Source: a virus. Taken from it: 64,000 nt of DNA. Shown piece after piece: positions 9,899 through 18,947 of the stretch. The DNA lies in IMG/VR virus record IMGVR_UViG_3300008117_000088, positions 32,031 through 96,030 of that record, one strand, 5' to 3'. The position numbers were made by a program, and so were the translations under genes. How positions within the stretch are numbered: position 1 is the first letter of the stretch; each line of letters starts with the position of its first letter. The notes under the pieces were generated by a model, which was given only the letters and a program-made list of their open reading frames with translations, was not told the DNA's origin and did not search any database.

Positions 9899-11362
9899 CT
9901 AACCTACGATTCCGCCACTGACGGTTACAGTAATTGTCCCCGCTGTTGGAATTTCACTTACAACAAACACAGCATCATTAGTGCCTGATTGAGCACCATC
10001 AGCTCTAGCCAATAAGGTTACGTTTGAATAAGCCACTCCAGGGGCATTTGCCAACGCTTCAATCACATAGTGAAGAGAAATACGATCGGCAAAATTAACA
10101 TTATCAAAAGCCAAAATTTCTTGAAGCGCTCTTTCAGCATTTCTTTTTACTACGCTCTGCTTGTATTGAGCAAGTGCTGTAACGCTAACAGTTATATTTA
10201 CTCCAACAAATGTTGGCGGAAATAGAGTAACGCTAACGTTTGGCGGAGTTTTATCAACAAAGAATCGTTGAATTTCATTACCAAGTTGGTTAAACACCTG
10301 TGTTAAAACTCCACCGTTTTGCCCAGGGTCTCCAAACGGTGCAATATAAAGGTTAACGCTTGTGTAAACCTCTGATGTTGCAACTGCTTTAGCAACACCC
10401 GATACCTGTAAAGCAAGATCTGAATAATCTTTTAGCGACACGGCACGGTTTTGTACTCGGAGGCTGGCTGGAGCATTGACACGTATTGAGTCAGTTGATT
10501 CCGCGTCAGCTCCACCAGAAGCAGCCGCTGCGTTGTTAACAGTTAGTCCAGGAGAGTAGTTTGTAAGAATGTTCTTTAATGTATTGGAGTTTACGTTTCC
10601 AATAGTTCCGCCACCTACTCGATAGGTAACTAAAATTTGAGAGTTTGCTGGAGGAATACGACCGCTTACACCATCACCAAATACAATCTTGGTTACGTCC
10701 TCGGCATCAGTTACGCTGTAGAACACAGCATCTGTTCCAGAGGCGTCAATTAAATACGGGACGCTAATGTAAACAGTATCGTTAACCGTTACAGATATGC
10801 TGTTATTAATAACAGGAGTGTTATCAAGTATGAACTCTTGATCTGAAGTTCCGTTTGAGTCTCCAACATCTTCGTTTACTATTGTTTGACCCTGTGTAGC
10901 GGCTGCGTTTGCCTGACCGCTAGTAGAACCAACCGCAGCTGGCACAGTAACAGCAGAATTTGTTTCAAATATAACTTGAGTGGTAACACCGTTAACAATT
11001 GTTGTAGTTGCTACTTGAGTTAATGCTGGTACGACAATTGCAGCGTTGGTGCTGTTGTAAAAGGTAAGAGTAACTGTTGCTGGAATGCTTCCAGTTGGAG
11101 TGTATCCAAGCAAGTTAGCAATATTTAGAATGCTTTGGCGTTGGCTTGCTGTAGACAAGAACGCCTCATTAGCCGCTCTATCAATGTAATAATTAAGAAG
11201 GTCTCCAAGATAGGAAAACATTTCCAAAAGAATGATTCCAAAGTCAGCGGGGTCACGGGTTGTCCATTGAGGCGCGTATAGAGGAATTAAGTTGACTAGA
11301 TCTTCTCTAATAGAGTCATAATCTCTAGAGGTATAGTCAATCTGAGGTATGAAATTAGCCAT
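9899..11362 (-). CDS. baseplate J / T4 gp6-like wedge protein
   Basis: IDYTSRDYDSIR, DFGIILLE, FGDGVSGRIP, GGADAES..RAVSLKDY. Confidence 0.92.
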   Translation of the reverse strand: MANFIPQIDYTSRDYDSIREDLVNLIPLYAPQWTTRDPADFGIILLEMFSYLGDLLNYYIDRAANEAFLSTASQRQSILNIANLLGYTPTGSIPATVTLTFYNSTNAAIVVPALTQVATTTIVNGVTTQVIFETNSAVTVPAAVGSTSGQANAAATQGQTIVNEDVGDSNGTSDQEFILDNTPVINNSISVTVNDTVYISVPYLIDASGTDAVFYSVTDAEDVTKIVFGDGVSGRIPPANSQILVTYRVGGGTIGNVNSNTLKNILTNYSPGLTVNNAAAASGGADAESTDSIRVNAPASLRVQNRAVSLKDYSDLALQVSGVAKAVATSEVYTSVNLYIAPFGDPGQNGGVLTQVFNQLGNEIQRFFVDKTPPNVSVTLFPPTFVGVNITVSVTALAQYKQSVVKRNAERALQEILAFDNVNFADRISLHYVIEALANAPGVAYSNVTLLARADGAQSGTNDAVFVVSEIPTAGTITVTVSGGIVG

Positions 11363-12411
11363 TACTCAATCTCCTCAATTAACTCTCCGGCTCTGGTGAA
11401 AGATCCGATTTTGGTGGTTATGGTGTCCACTTGCTTATTTGGCAACCTATATTCTACCGAAACTGTCAGTACTAGGTCACTTAATCCTTGGTTAGGTTCT
11501 TTTTCAATTTCAACTCTAATGAGCTTTAGTTCAGGCAAAAACTCTCCAAAAGAAGAAGTGATGGTCTGTTGTACAAAATCAATGACCGAGCCTTCCGGTT
11601 CAAACAATGCGTCGGTCGCAATGCTGCCGTAGTTTGGTCTCATTGGTCTTTCCCCAAATCGAGTAAAGATTGCTCCAAATACCCGGTCTGCCCACTGTTT
11701 AGACTCTAGGTTGTTTGTGTTGATGGCACCTGAGGCATTGAAAGAAAAAGGAAGCGATATATCTCCGCCTTCAAACATAGCCCAAGCCGGGGTGTTTGGT
11801 CTCGGTTTATATTTACCAATTAAGCTTACAGTAGCAATAATGCCAGGCGTAGCGGGACCTACCCCTGCGGCATCAGAACTTATAAACGTATTGGTGTTGC
11901 TTGCGGATGCAACAAATTGAATGTAATCCCCGGCGTCTAAATCTAAAATAAGAGCTACGGTCATTGTAATTTCAGAATTGTTTCCAGCTAATGTAATTTT
12001 AGTATTGCTATCAGGAATATCTACACCATTTTTTCTAAACCAAATATTAGCTGTCCCAGAGTTAGCGTTTGTTTTAGTAAGCATAGAAGAAAACTGAACA
12101 AAATAATCTCCAGTTTCTTCCACATATATTTTATCCCCATCTAAATACGTTTTATTTGCGTCTCCCTCAACCCAACTAGTGTTGATTAAGGTAGGGGTAT
12201 TAACCCCAATAGCCTGATCTCCTGTTGTGTAAAAAGTTCCATAAGGGTAGTTAATTTGGTTGATTGCACCACCTACAGGCCAGGCCCATTCGGTCACGGC
12301 TTCGCCAAGCACTTGAGGTATGTAAAGTTTTGCTCTACCTAGGTCTAACGGATCGTCTGCGTCCGCTATTACCCCACGATAGATACCATAAAAACGATTA
12401 TCAGAGGACAT
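11362..12411 (-). CDS. gp5/VgrG OB-fold spike protein with inserted C1q-like domain, fused in frame to a gp25-like wedge protein
   Basis: FYGIYRGVI..DPLDLGRAKLYIP..WAWP and WAMFEGGD (gp5 OB fold); ISLPFSF..TRFGERPMRPNYGS (gp25/GPW). Confidence 0.8.
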   Translation of the reverse strand: MSSDNRFYGIYRGVIADADDPLDLGRAKLYIPQVLGEAVTEWAWPVGGAINQINYPYGTFYTTGDQAIGVNTPTLINTSWVEGDANKTYLDGDKIYVEETGDYFVQFSSMLTKTNANSGTANIWFRKNGVDIPDSNTKITLAGNNSEITMTVALILDLDAGDYIQFVASASNTNTFISSDAAGVGPATPGIIATVSLIGKYKPRPNTPAWAMFEGGDISLPFSFNASGAINTNNLESKQWADRVFGAIFTRFGERPMRPNYGSIATDALFEPEGSVIDFVQQTITSSFGEFLPELKLIRVEIEKEPNQGLSDLVLTVSVEYRLPNKQVDTITTKIGSFTRAGELIEEIE

Positions 12412-13666
12412 TTATCCATCTTTGTGCAATTATTGTTTTATTAGCAACCTTAGGTTTAGACCTATTTGTTATGTTACCAAAACCTGTTTGAGACTTAACA
12501 CCAGGATTTTTTGTACCCTTTTTTAATTTACTCTTTGGTTTTTTATTAGTTTGACGAACTCCCTTTTTAATATTTCTTTTTGCTTTGGCTGAAGGTACTT
12601 CTACAAGTCTGTTGTCTTTACCCTGAGTTGCAGTGCCAAGTGAGTCCGTTCCCACAGTTAGGGTTGTTGTGTAAATATAGGAGTTATAAGAATTAGAAAC
12701 AATTTTATGTTTTGCTTTTAGTACTACCCAAAAACCAGAATAAGTATTACCTAATCCGTCAAAGAAAGCCGGCATACCTGGGTATACAGTGGAGTCCCCA
12801 AGAACTTCTGCTTTTGCTCTATAAGGAAATCTAGTTCTTTGGTCTACTGCCTTAGATTCATTGTCAGCCACAGAGTAATCGTTAGCGACTACTCCTGAAG
12901 CAAACCGATCGAAGAACTCAGGCTCAGCCTTTTTTCTTGTTGCCTTTGGTCGTTTTTGATTTGTAAGTTTAATTATTTTTCCAGTAAAAGCATCAACGCC
13001 AGATACGGCAGTTGCTGATTTGTATTCTCCGTCCTCAAACTCAAGGCTTTCTCCAACTAAAGGCTCAAAAGAATAAAGGGTTGATCCCTCAGGTCTAGCT
13101 GCGTCTCGCAAAGTAAAGGTAGGAGCGTTGTCTCTAAACTCTTCATACAATTTAGTCATTGAGTGAAAATAGATTTGAGTATTTGTTACTCTTAAAAAAT
13201 AACCAGATTGTTTTGCTAACTTAACCATGGTCTCCATATCGGTAAGACCGGCTTGAGAAAATTGAGGGTAAACGCGAGGGTGTGCGTCTACGTCGTAAGC
13301 AAAGTTATTTCTTTTAGCAATTGCAGTAACTATGTCTGACGCTGTTTGCTCTACGTACACTTGTTGAGAAGTTTTTTTAAGGAAGTAAGACGCGCCAATA
13401 ACGTGTACTTCAACAAAACGTTTACCGGGCGTAACGTGAGGTTCAATGTGGTGCACGTAACAACTAAGCTCTTGTGTTCCATTTTGTCCGGCAAGGGTTA
13501 TTAAAACAGGTGTGCCGGGGCGAATATCATCGTAATCAACGTCCCAGTCTCTAAATTGAATTGTCCCAAAGTCATGCTTGTATCTTTCCTGCCAAAAGGT
13601 CATAGAATGAACTCGAGCAGGCGGTACCTTTGCATTAGGAAAATCAACACCAACAAAGTTATACAT
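12401..13666 (-). CDS. baseplate hub protein (P2 gpD / VgrG gp27-like)
   Basis: TASDIVTAIAK, QAGLTD, GFWVVLKAKH; position between LysM and gp5 genes. Confidence 0.8.
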   Translation of the reverse strand: MYNFVGVDFPNAKVPPARVHSMTFWQERYKHDFGTIQFRDWDVDYDDIRPGTPVLITLAGQNGTQELSCYVHHIEPHVTPGKRFVEVHVIGASYFLKKTSQQVYVEQTASDIVTAIAKRNNFAYDVDAHPRVYPQFSQAGLTDMETMVKLAKQSGYFLRVTNTQIYFHSMTKLYEEFRDNAPTFTLRDAARPEGSTLYSFEPLVGESLEFEDGEYKSATAVSGVDAFTGKIIKLTNQKRPKATRKKAEPEFFDRFASGVVANDYSVADNESKAVDQRTRFPYRAKAEVLGDSTVYPGMPAFFDGLGNTYSGFWVVLKAKHKIVSNSYNSYIYTTTLTVGTDSLGTATQGKDNRLVEVPSAKAKRNIKKGVRQTNKKPKSKLKKGTKNPGVKSQTGFGNITNRSKPKVANKTIIAQRWINVL

Positions 13667-13940
13667 TAGGAATCCTAATAACAGTTCCCGGCTTTATATT
13701 TGTAGGGTCAACAATTTCTGGGTTTACATCAAGAATAATCCACCAAAGGGCTGGGTCTTGGTAGAAATCAAACGCTATGTTATCTAGGCGCTCGCCTTGT
13801 TTGTAGGTATGTTCTCTGTAAGAAATTGTTCCAATATCCTCAAACTCGTAAAACACAACAGCGTTAGCATCAGAGTCTTCTGCAATAGATATAAAATCAA
13901 CTACCGAAAACTCGTATCTAGATCCTTGGTATATAGACAT
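13659..13940 (-). CDS. LysM-like baseplate protein (P2 gpX / T4 gp53-like)
   Basis: GERLDNIAFDFYQDPALWWIILDVNP..IKPGTVIRIP. Confidence 0.88.
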   Translation of the reverse strand: MSIYQGSRYEFSVVDFISIAEDSDANAVVFYEFEDIGTISYREHTYKQGERLDNIAFDFYQDPALWWIILDVNPEIVDPTNIKPGTVIRIPNV

Positions 13941-13948
13941 ATCTACTC

Positions 13949-15025
13949 CTACTTCGTTGGCGCAATGGCCGCTGCAGTTTTTTCAACAGATGCAATACCA
14001 GCAGAAGCCATAAGGTTCATAGCGATGCTTACGTCTGTTCTAATTGGGGTCATATCTTGAGCAAAAGCAATATGAGTTACGTTTAGGTTGTTTATATACC
14101 CTACGTAAGACAAAGGACCAATATCAACACGCAAAAGCGTTGCAGCTAGGTAACCAATATCTCCAGTAGAACGACCGGTAATACTCTTCCAATCAGGTCC
14201 GTTAACCGCTTTATACAGATACTCTAAATCAGCAACTGTTCCATAGTTAACAAGGTCTAATATTTTGTCAGAAATTTTTCCAGCGTCTGCTTCTGCAAAA
14301 AAGCCAGTTTTGTAAAACTCAGCCATTCTTTCAAACGTTGCTGCAGACCCAGACCTTTGATCTAACTGTAGGTCAAACTCTTTTTGTAGCAAATGTTTCA
14401 TACAAGCAAAATCGTTAGTTCTATCTAAACGCAGCTGTAAAGAAAGAGTTTCCCCGCTTGGGAAGGCTCCGGCTACTGAAGCAAAGATGTCTGCAGGGTG
14501 CGGAGTAACTTCGGTGTTAAGCGCAACAGAAGTGCTAAAGGTGTCTGGGTTCCACATAAATTGAAAACCAATTCTTCTATCTTTACCAGTACTCTGAGTT
14601 TTTTCTTCACCAGTAGCCGTAACGTATGTGTTGTTAGCGTTGTAGTACCACCAGATACGACCGCGTCTGTACTTTTCAGGAACTTCTCCGGGAGGAGTTG
14701 TGTAACCCCATTTGCCCGGCTCTATGTATAGATCTGGTTCAACTATCTTTGGTTTTACAGGCAGGCTCCATTGATGTGGAGGTAAATTCCAGTCATAATC
14801 AATTGGAAGTTTTAACGGCTTTACTTCTTTGTTCTTCTTGTTTTTGTTCTTTGATTTTTTATCTTTCTTTTTCTTTTGTTCTTCAGCCGCACGTACTTTT
14901 TGACCTTCTGTTAGCCTTCTAAAACGTGCTCTTTCAGCCTCATCTTCGGCAGTTGCGTTAGGGTACTGAGTACCATAATTTTGAGGTGCAGTAGTTGTGC
15001 TAAACGTGATACCTTCAATTGGCAT
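13949..15025 (-). CDS. tail tube initiator-like protein
   Basis: FQFMWNP, YVGYINNLNVTH..FAQDMTPIRTDV (CIS tube-initiator-like); position after tape measure. Confidence 0.65.
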   Translation of the reverse strand: MPIEGITFSTTTAPQNYGTQYPNATAEDEAERARFRRLTEGQKVRAAEEQKKKKDKKSKNKNKKNKEVKPLKLPIDYDWNLPPHQWSLPVKPKIVEPDLYIEPGKWGYTTPPGEVPEKYRRGRIWWYYNANNTYVTATGEEKTQSTGKDRRIGFQFMWNPDTFSTSVALNTEVTPHPADIFASVAGAFPSGETLSLQLRLDRTNDFACMKHLLQKEFDLQLDQRSGSAATFERMAEFYKTGFFAEADAGKISDKILDLVNYGTVADLEYLYKAVNGPDWKSITGRSTGDIGYLAATLLRVDIGPLSYVGYINNLNVTHIAFAQDMTPIRTDVSIAMNLMASAGIASVEKTAAAIAPTK

Positions 15026-17352
15026 TACTTAGACACCGCCTTTTCTCTTATATTGTCCACACTAAGAATCTTTTTAACTTCCCTAGCAATTTCTTTTGCA
15101 TCTGCCGCTGTTTTTTCAGGCATATGGAAGTTTACCGTTACTCCGCCATAATTAACTGTTGCTCCATGGGATTGAGCATTTGTCATTGATCCCATGTCAG
15201 TTGAAGACACAATAGAAGGACCACCAGAACCAATAATTAGACCCGATGGATTTCGGCTCATTACTAGATCTGAACTAGGTGCAGGCTGTGCTCCCTCAAC
15301 AATAGACGGAGTTCCTGCGCCCGCAAGCCATGCGCTTGGATCCATCTTTTGACCATTTTTGCGTACCTCAAAGTGAAGGTGGGCTCCGGTAGATTGTCCA
15401 GAGTTTCCGCTATAACCAACAAGGTCTCCAGCTTTAACACGAGTTCCACCAGTAGCTATCTTGCTACTTAAGTGGCCATAAAATAGTTGTGCCCCATCTT
15501 CTGTAACAAGCTTTATGTAATTTCCAAAACCAGGAGCGTCATAAGGTGTTGCTTCTATAACACCATTAGCGGATGCAAAAACTGGAGTGCCTTCTGGCAA
15601 ACCGTAGTCAATTCCGCCGTGACCTTCTCCGTAGGATGGGCTCTTCTTTCCATTAAACATTAAGTGACGAACTACACCAAACGGACTTGTAATTGAGTAA
15701 TTTCCTTGGAACGGCATTACATAGCCGGAAGCTCCTGCGCCCTCTCCGCCACCTTTACCGCCAGGATTGCTGTTTCTAGCAATTCCAACTCCACCTTGAA
15801 CAGCGCCTACAGCAGTTCCAGCAATTGCTCCAGGAAGACCTCCAGCAACTAATCCAGTAGCTGCGCCTTGTCCAGTATCAAAAGCAAAATTTCCAATATC
15901 TCTAATAAATTCAGGTCCAGCATAATTTTCGTTTAACCAATCCTGGACTTTATCTAGTCCAGCGTAAGCTCCAGCAGCAAGACCAGCTCTTCCTAAACCT
16001 CCCAAGAAACTTTTTGGCATGAACTTGCCAAATTTTCCAAACAAACCGCCCTTGGCTCCACCGGCTGCTGTTGCACCACCGCCACCACCAAATAAATTTT
16101 TAATTCCGCCAAAAGCTTTTCCAGCCATCATTGCGGCGCCACCACCAAGTACTCCAAGGATTCCTGCGCCAGCACCATTACCTGATGCTCCAATTGTGTC
16201 AATAAAACCTTTACCTTCAAGAATTTTACGGAACGCATCTCCCATTAAACCCGCATCTCTTGCTATGTCGGCAACTTTATTGCTTGCCGCTGCAAGAAGA
16301 TCATTAGCAGCTTCAAATCCTTTTAGAACAGATGGGGCAACTGCTTGAGTAGCATTTAACGATGCTGCGTTTTTATCGCTTGTACTTAAAACGGCACTAG
16401 TGGTTGCGCCTTCTTGAGCCAAAGTCGCTTTATTTAGAGAGGATCCTTTACCACCAGTTCCAGCAAGAAGCATAAGTTCTGAAATAACTGATTGACGAAG
16501 GATTGGGTCATTGCCAAAATATTGGTTAAGCATTGAGTCAAGAGCATTACCAGGTTGCAATGAGAACGAAATTTGTTCTTTAGTGATTGCACCTTCGCCA
16601 GTCTTACCTTTGTTAAGTACTTTCCAAAGGTCTTTAGCAATGTCTTGGAATCCACGCATCATTCCATCTGCGCCACGAACGTTAACGCCAATCATGCGAA
16701 GCATGTTTACGTTACGTCCTTGGTTTAACGCAGCTGTAGCCTGCATACCTCCAGATAGACCAACACCTGGCATTAAGTTAGATATTGCTGCTGCGCTTTG
16801 ACCAACTTGATTAAAGTTCTTTAAGCCAGGCATTATGCCCATGCTTGCGCCAAGCATTGTGGCGCGGGCTGCGTCTAAAGTATCAGTAGTAGTTCCTTGA
16901 CGAGCCATTCGCATTTGAGTTGCGTTGGCATTGGCTCCACCATAGAAACCAAAACGGGATCTTAATAAATCTTGTTCAAAAGATTGTTCAACTGTAGGAA
17001 TGCCCTGCAATCCAGCAAGAGCAATTTTGCCAGTTCCTTTTAGTAACGCTGCGCCAGCGCTCTTTAGGAATCCTCCAAAGCCACCGCCTTGGCTTCCATC
17101 ATTTTCTGTAGCAGTTTTTGTTCCCGTGGAAGTTCCCATACTTCCATTGAGAAGATTGCCTGAACCGCCACCAGGGAAAGAGCCTTTTAAGTTTCTAGAT
17201 ATCTCCGCCGATAAATCGCGGGTGCGCTCAAGCTCTTTATTTAACTGTTTAAAGGCAGACGTAAGATCGGCAACAAGTTCGGTTTTGCGACCGAAAATGC
17301 CACCACCGCCACTGGTTCCCATGGCTGTGCCGGTATTTTTTTTAGCCAACAC
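15025..17352 (-). CDS. tape measure protein with C-terminal M23 peptidase
   Basis: Ala/Gly-rich helical body; HGGIDY (HxxxD), YGHLS, STGAHLHFE (HxH) M23 motifs. Confidence 0.88.
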   Translation of the reverse strand: MLAKKNTGTAMGTSGGGGIFGRKTELVADLTSAFKQLNKELERTRDLSAEISRNLKGSFPGGGSGNLLNGSMGTSTGTKTATENDGSQGGGFGGFLKSAGAALLKGTGKIALAGLQGIPTVEQSFEQDLLRSRFGFYGGANANATQMRMARQGTTTDTLDAARATMLGASMGIMPGLKNFNQVGQSAAAISNLMPGVGLSGGMQATAALNQGRNVNMLRMIGVNVRGADGMMRGFQDIAKDLWKVLNKGKTGEGAITKEQISFSLQPGNALDSMLNQYFGNDPILRQSVISELMLLAGTGGKGSSLNKATLAQEGATTSAVLSTSDKNAASLNATQAVAPSVLKGFEAANDLLAAASNKVADIARDAGLMGDAFRKILEGKGFIDTIGASGNGAGAGILGVLGGGAAMMAGKAFGGIKNLFGGGGGATAAGGAKGGLFGKFGKFMPKSFLGGLGRAGLAAGAYAGLDKVQDWLNENYAGPEFIRDIGNFAFDTGQGAATGLVAGGLPGAIAGTAVGAVQGGVGIARNSNPGGKGGGEGAGASGYVMPFQGNYSITSPFGVVRHLMFNGKKSPSYGEGHGGIDYGLPEGTPVFASANGVIEATPYDAPGFGNYIKLVTEDGAQLFYGHLSSKIATGGTRVKAGDLVGYSGNSGQSTGAHLHFEVRKNGQKMDPSAWLAGAGTPSIVEGAQPAPSSDLVMSRNPSGLIIGSGGPSIVSSTDMGSMTNAQSHGATVNYGGVTVNFHMPEKTAADAKEIAREVKKILSVDNIREKAVSK

Positions 17353-17516
17353 TAACTCCTACGTCTGTTAATGGCTCGTTCGAGCCAGTTCTTTCTTTCT
17401 CTGAAAGACAGTGACAGTACATCTGTCAAAGTCCAGCCGGGGTATGCTCGAGTTAGTGCTTCAAATTGGTCCAGTAAGTTTTCGTAATCTTCGTGCTTAT
17501 ATGCGAAACAAAGCAG
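17352..17516 (-). CDS. start-less second tail-chaperone ORF (probable frameshift extension)
   Basis: Open frame ..HEDYENLLDQFEALTRAYPGWTLTDVLSLSFRERKNWLERAINRRRS*; no ATG/GTG and the only TTG is mid-ORF; +1 frame relative to 17497-18291. Confidence 0.7.
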   Translation of the reverse strand: MLCFAYKHEDYENLLDQFEALTRAYPGWTLTDVLSLSFRERKNWLERAINRRRS

Positions 17517-18291
17517 CTAAGGTCAACGGCATAGGAATATCCTCACCGCATGCCTCGCATGCCTTCTTCACCTCCCCAAGGCGTGGGCCTGGGTTACGTT
17601 CAAGAATCTCTTGGACAATTGCTTCACGGTCTTTCCAACTTAGTTTCAAGACCGTAGATGCTCCGATAGATGGGCTTCCATTTATTGAAGCAACGCAACC
17701 TGCCAAAAGGATTGTGTTTAGTTCAGCTGAGTTCTTGTCGTTGTTTTCAAGCAAACGACGTTGTGTAACTCCCGTAGGAAGTCCAACAACTACTGTTCCC
17801 AACTTAGACTCATATGTCCAGAGTCGATCTTCTTTTGGATCTTTTAGTTCGACAATTGGAATGTCCTTGGTTAGATCCAGAGTTAAAGTTTGCTCTGTTC
17901 TACAGGACGGACAAGTGCCTGTGAAATCAATTGTGTTTCCAAAGGTTGCTCTACGGATTCCAATTAATATCGCATCTCTGTCGCCTGAAAGAAGAGTTTC
18001 TAAGTCTTCCTTAGACGCTTGCTCCATACCTAAACTGACCAGACCTCTTTGAAGCATTGTGTTTAAAGCACGACCAGTAGTTCCTGCTCTAGCAACAGCT
18101 TCTTCGTCTGCGCCGTTTAACTCTCTAACCTCAACATATTTGACCAAGGCGCCTTCCCGATTGATATATCCACCGGGAAGTGCGACCTCGGTATCAGACG
18201 GAGCCTGTGTTTCTACTTTTACAACAGGCTCCGCTGCTAAAGCTTTGACCGCTTGGTTAACGACTTTTGGATCTGAAATTAATTCTGCCAC
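17497..18291 (-). CDS. tail assembly chaperone / T4 gp26-like hub assembly protein
   Basis: VRELNGADEE, LLSGDRDAIL, CPSC and CEACG; lies between tube and tape measure. Confidence 0.8.
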   Translation of the reverse strand: MAELISDPKVVNQAVKALAAEPVVKVETQAPSDTEVALPGGYINREGALVKYVEVRELNGADEEAVARAGTTGRALNTMLQRGLVSLGMEQASKEDLETLLSGDRDAILIGIRRATFGNTIDFTGTCPSCRTEQTLTLDLTKDIPIVELKDPKEDRLWTYESKLGTVVVGLPTGVTQRRLLENNDKNSAELNTILLAGCVASINGSPSIGASTVLKLSWKDREAIVQEILERNPGPRLGEVKKACEACGEDIPMPLTLAALFRI

Positions 18292-18311
18292 GTCTTGTGT
18301 CTCCTAATTGT

Positions 18312-18932
18312 TTAGAGTGCTGCCGGCCTTACTGGGTCGTATCCACCGGTTCCATTGGTAAAGAATACCGAAAGTCCTTCGTGGACAAGTCCAAGGGTTT
18401 CGACCATAAGGTTGTTTCCGCCAGCATCTAGGTCAGAGTAGTTCAAAGTTGAAATCCATGCGTTGTGCACATGGAAGCCCATCTTTGGAGTATTTGATCC
18501 ACCTTCACCGCTTGCGGTTGCTGTTGCGTTACTTGCTGCTGGATGATCAAGAACATAAATCTTGATATCGCAACGGAAGTCTTTACCACTGGTCAAAGCA
18601 ATTCCGTCTCCGGCTGCTGCTGCAAACAGTGTACGCATCCAATCAATAGCCTGGTTGTTACCAAAGATAACTCCACGGTCCATAGTGATTGGGTTGAATG
18701 TTGTCATACCAGGTACCTGGTGAATGGTGGTGTTGTATCCACCTTCGCGGTACGCGATACTTTGTGTGTTAATGCCGAGACCGCTGATTGAACGAAAACC
18801 GCCAGTAAAGCCGGTAATCCGCTTGTCCACCGAAGAACCTTGTTGTGGTGGAAGGAACTCAGCGATAAATCGGAACGAGCGTAACGGATCGGTCGCCACA
18901 CTCGAGAACCGATTAATTGTTGTATCTGCCAT
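18312..18932 (-). CDS. tail tube protein (T4 gp19 / Afp1-like)
   Basis: DPLRSFRF, YREGG, PITMDRG, NAW..YSDLDAG..LVHEG. Confidence 0.93.
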   Translation of the reverse strand: MADTTINRFSSVATDPLRSFRFIAEFLPPQQGSSVDKRITGFTGGFRSISGLGINTQSIAYREGGYNTTIHQVPGMTTFNPITMDRGVIFGNNQAIDWMRTLFAAAAGDGIALTSGKDFRCDIKIYVLDHPAASNATATASGEGGSNTPKMGFHVHNAWISTLNYSDLDAGGNNLMVETLGLVHEGLSVFFTNGTGGYDPVRPAAL

Positions 18933-18947
18933 GTTTGGTTATCTCCT

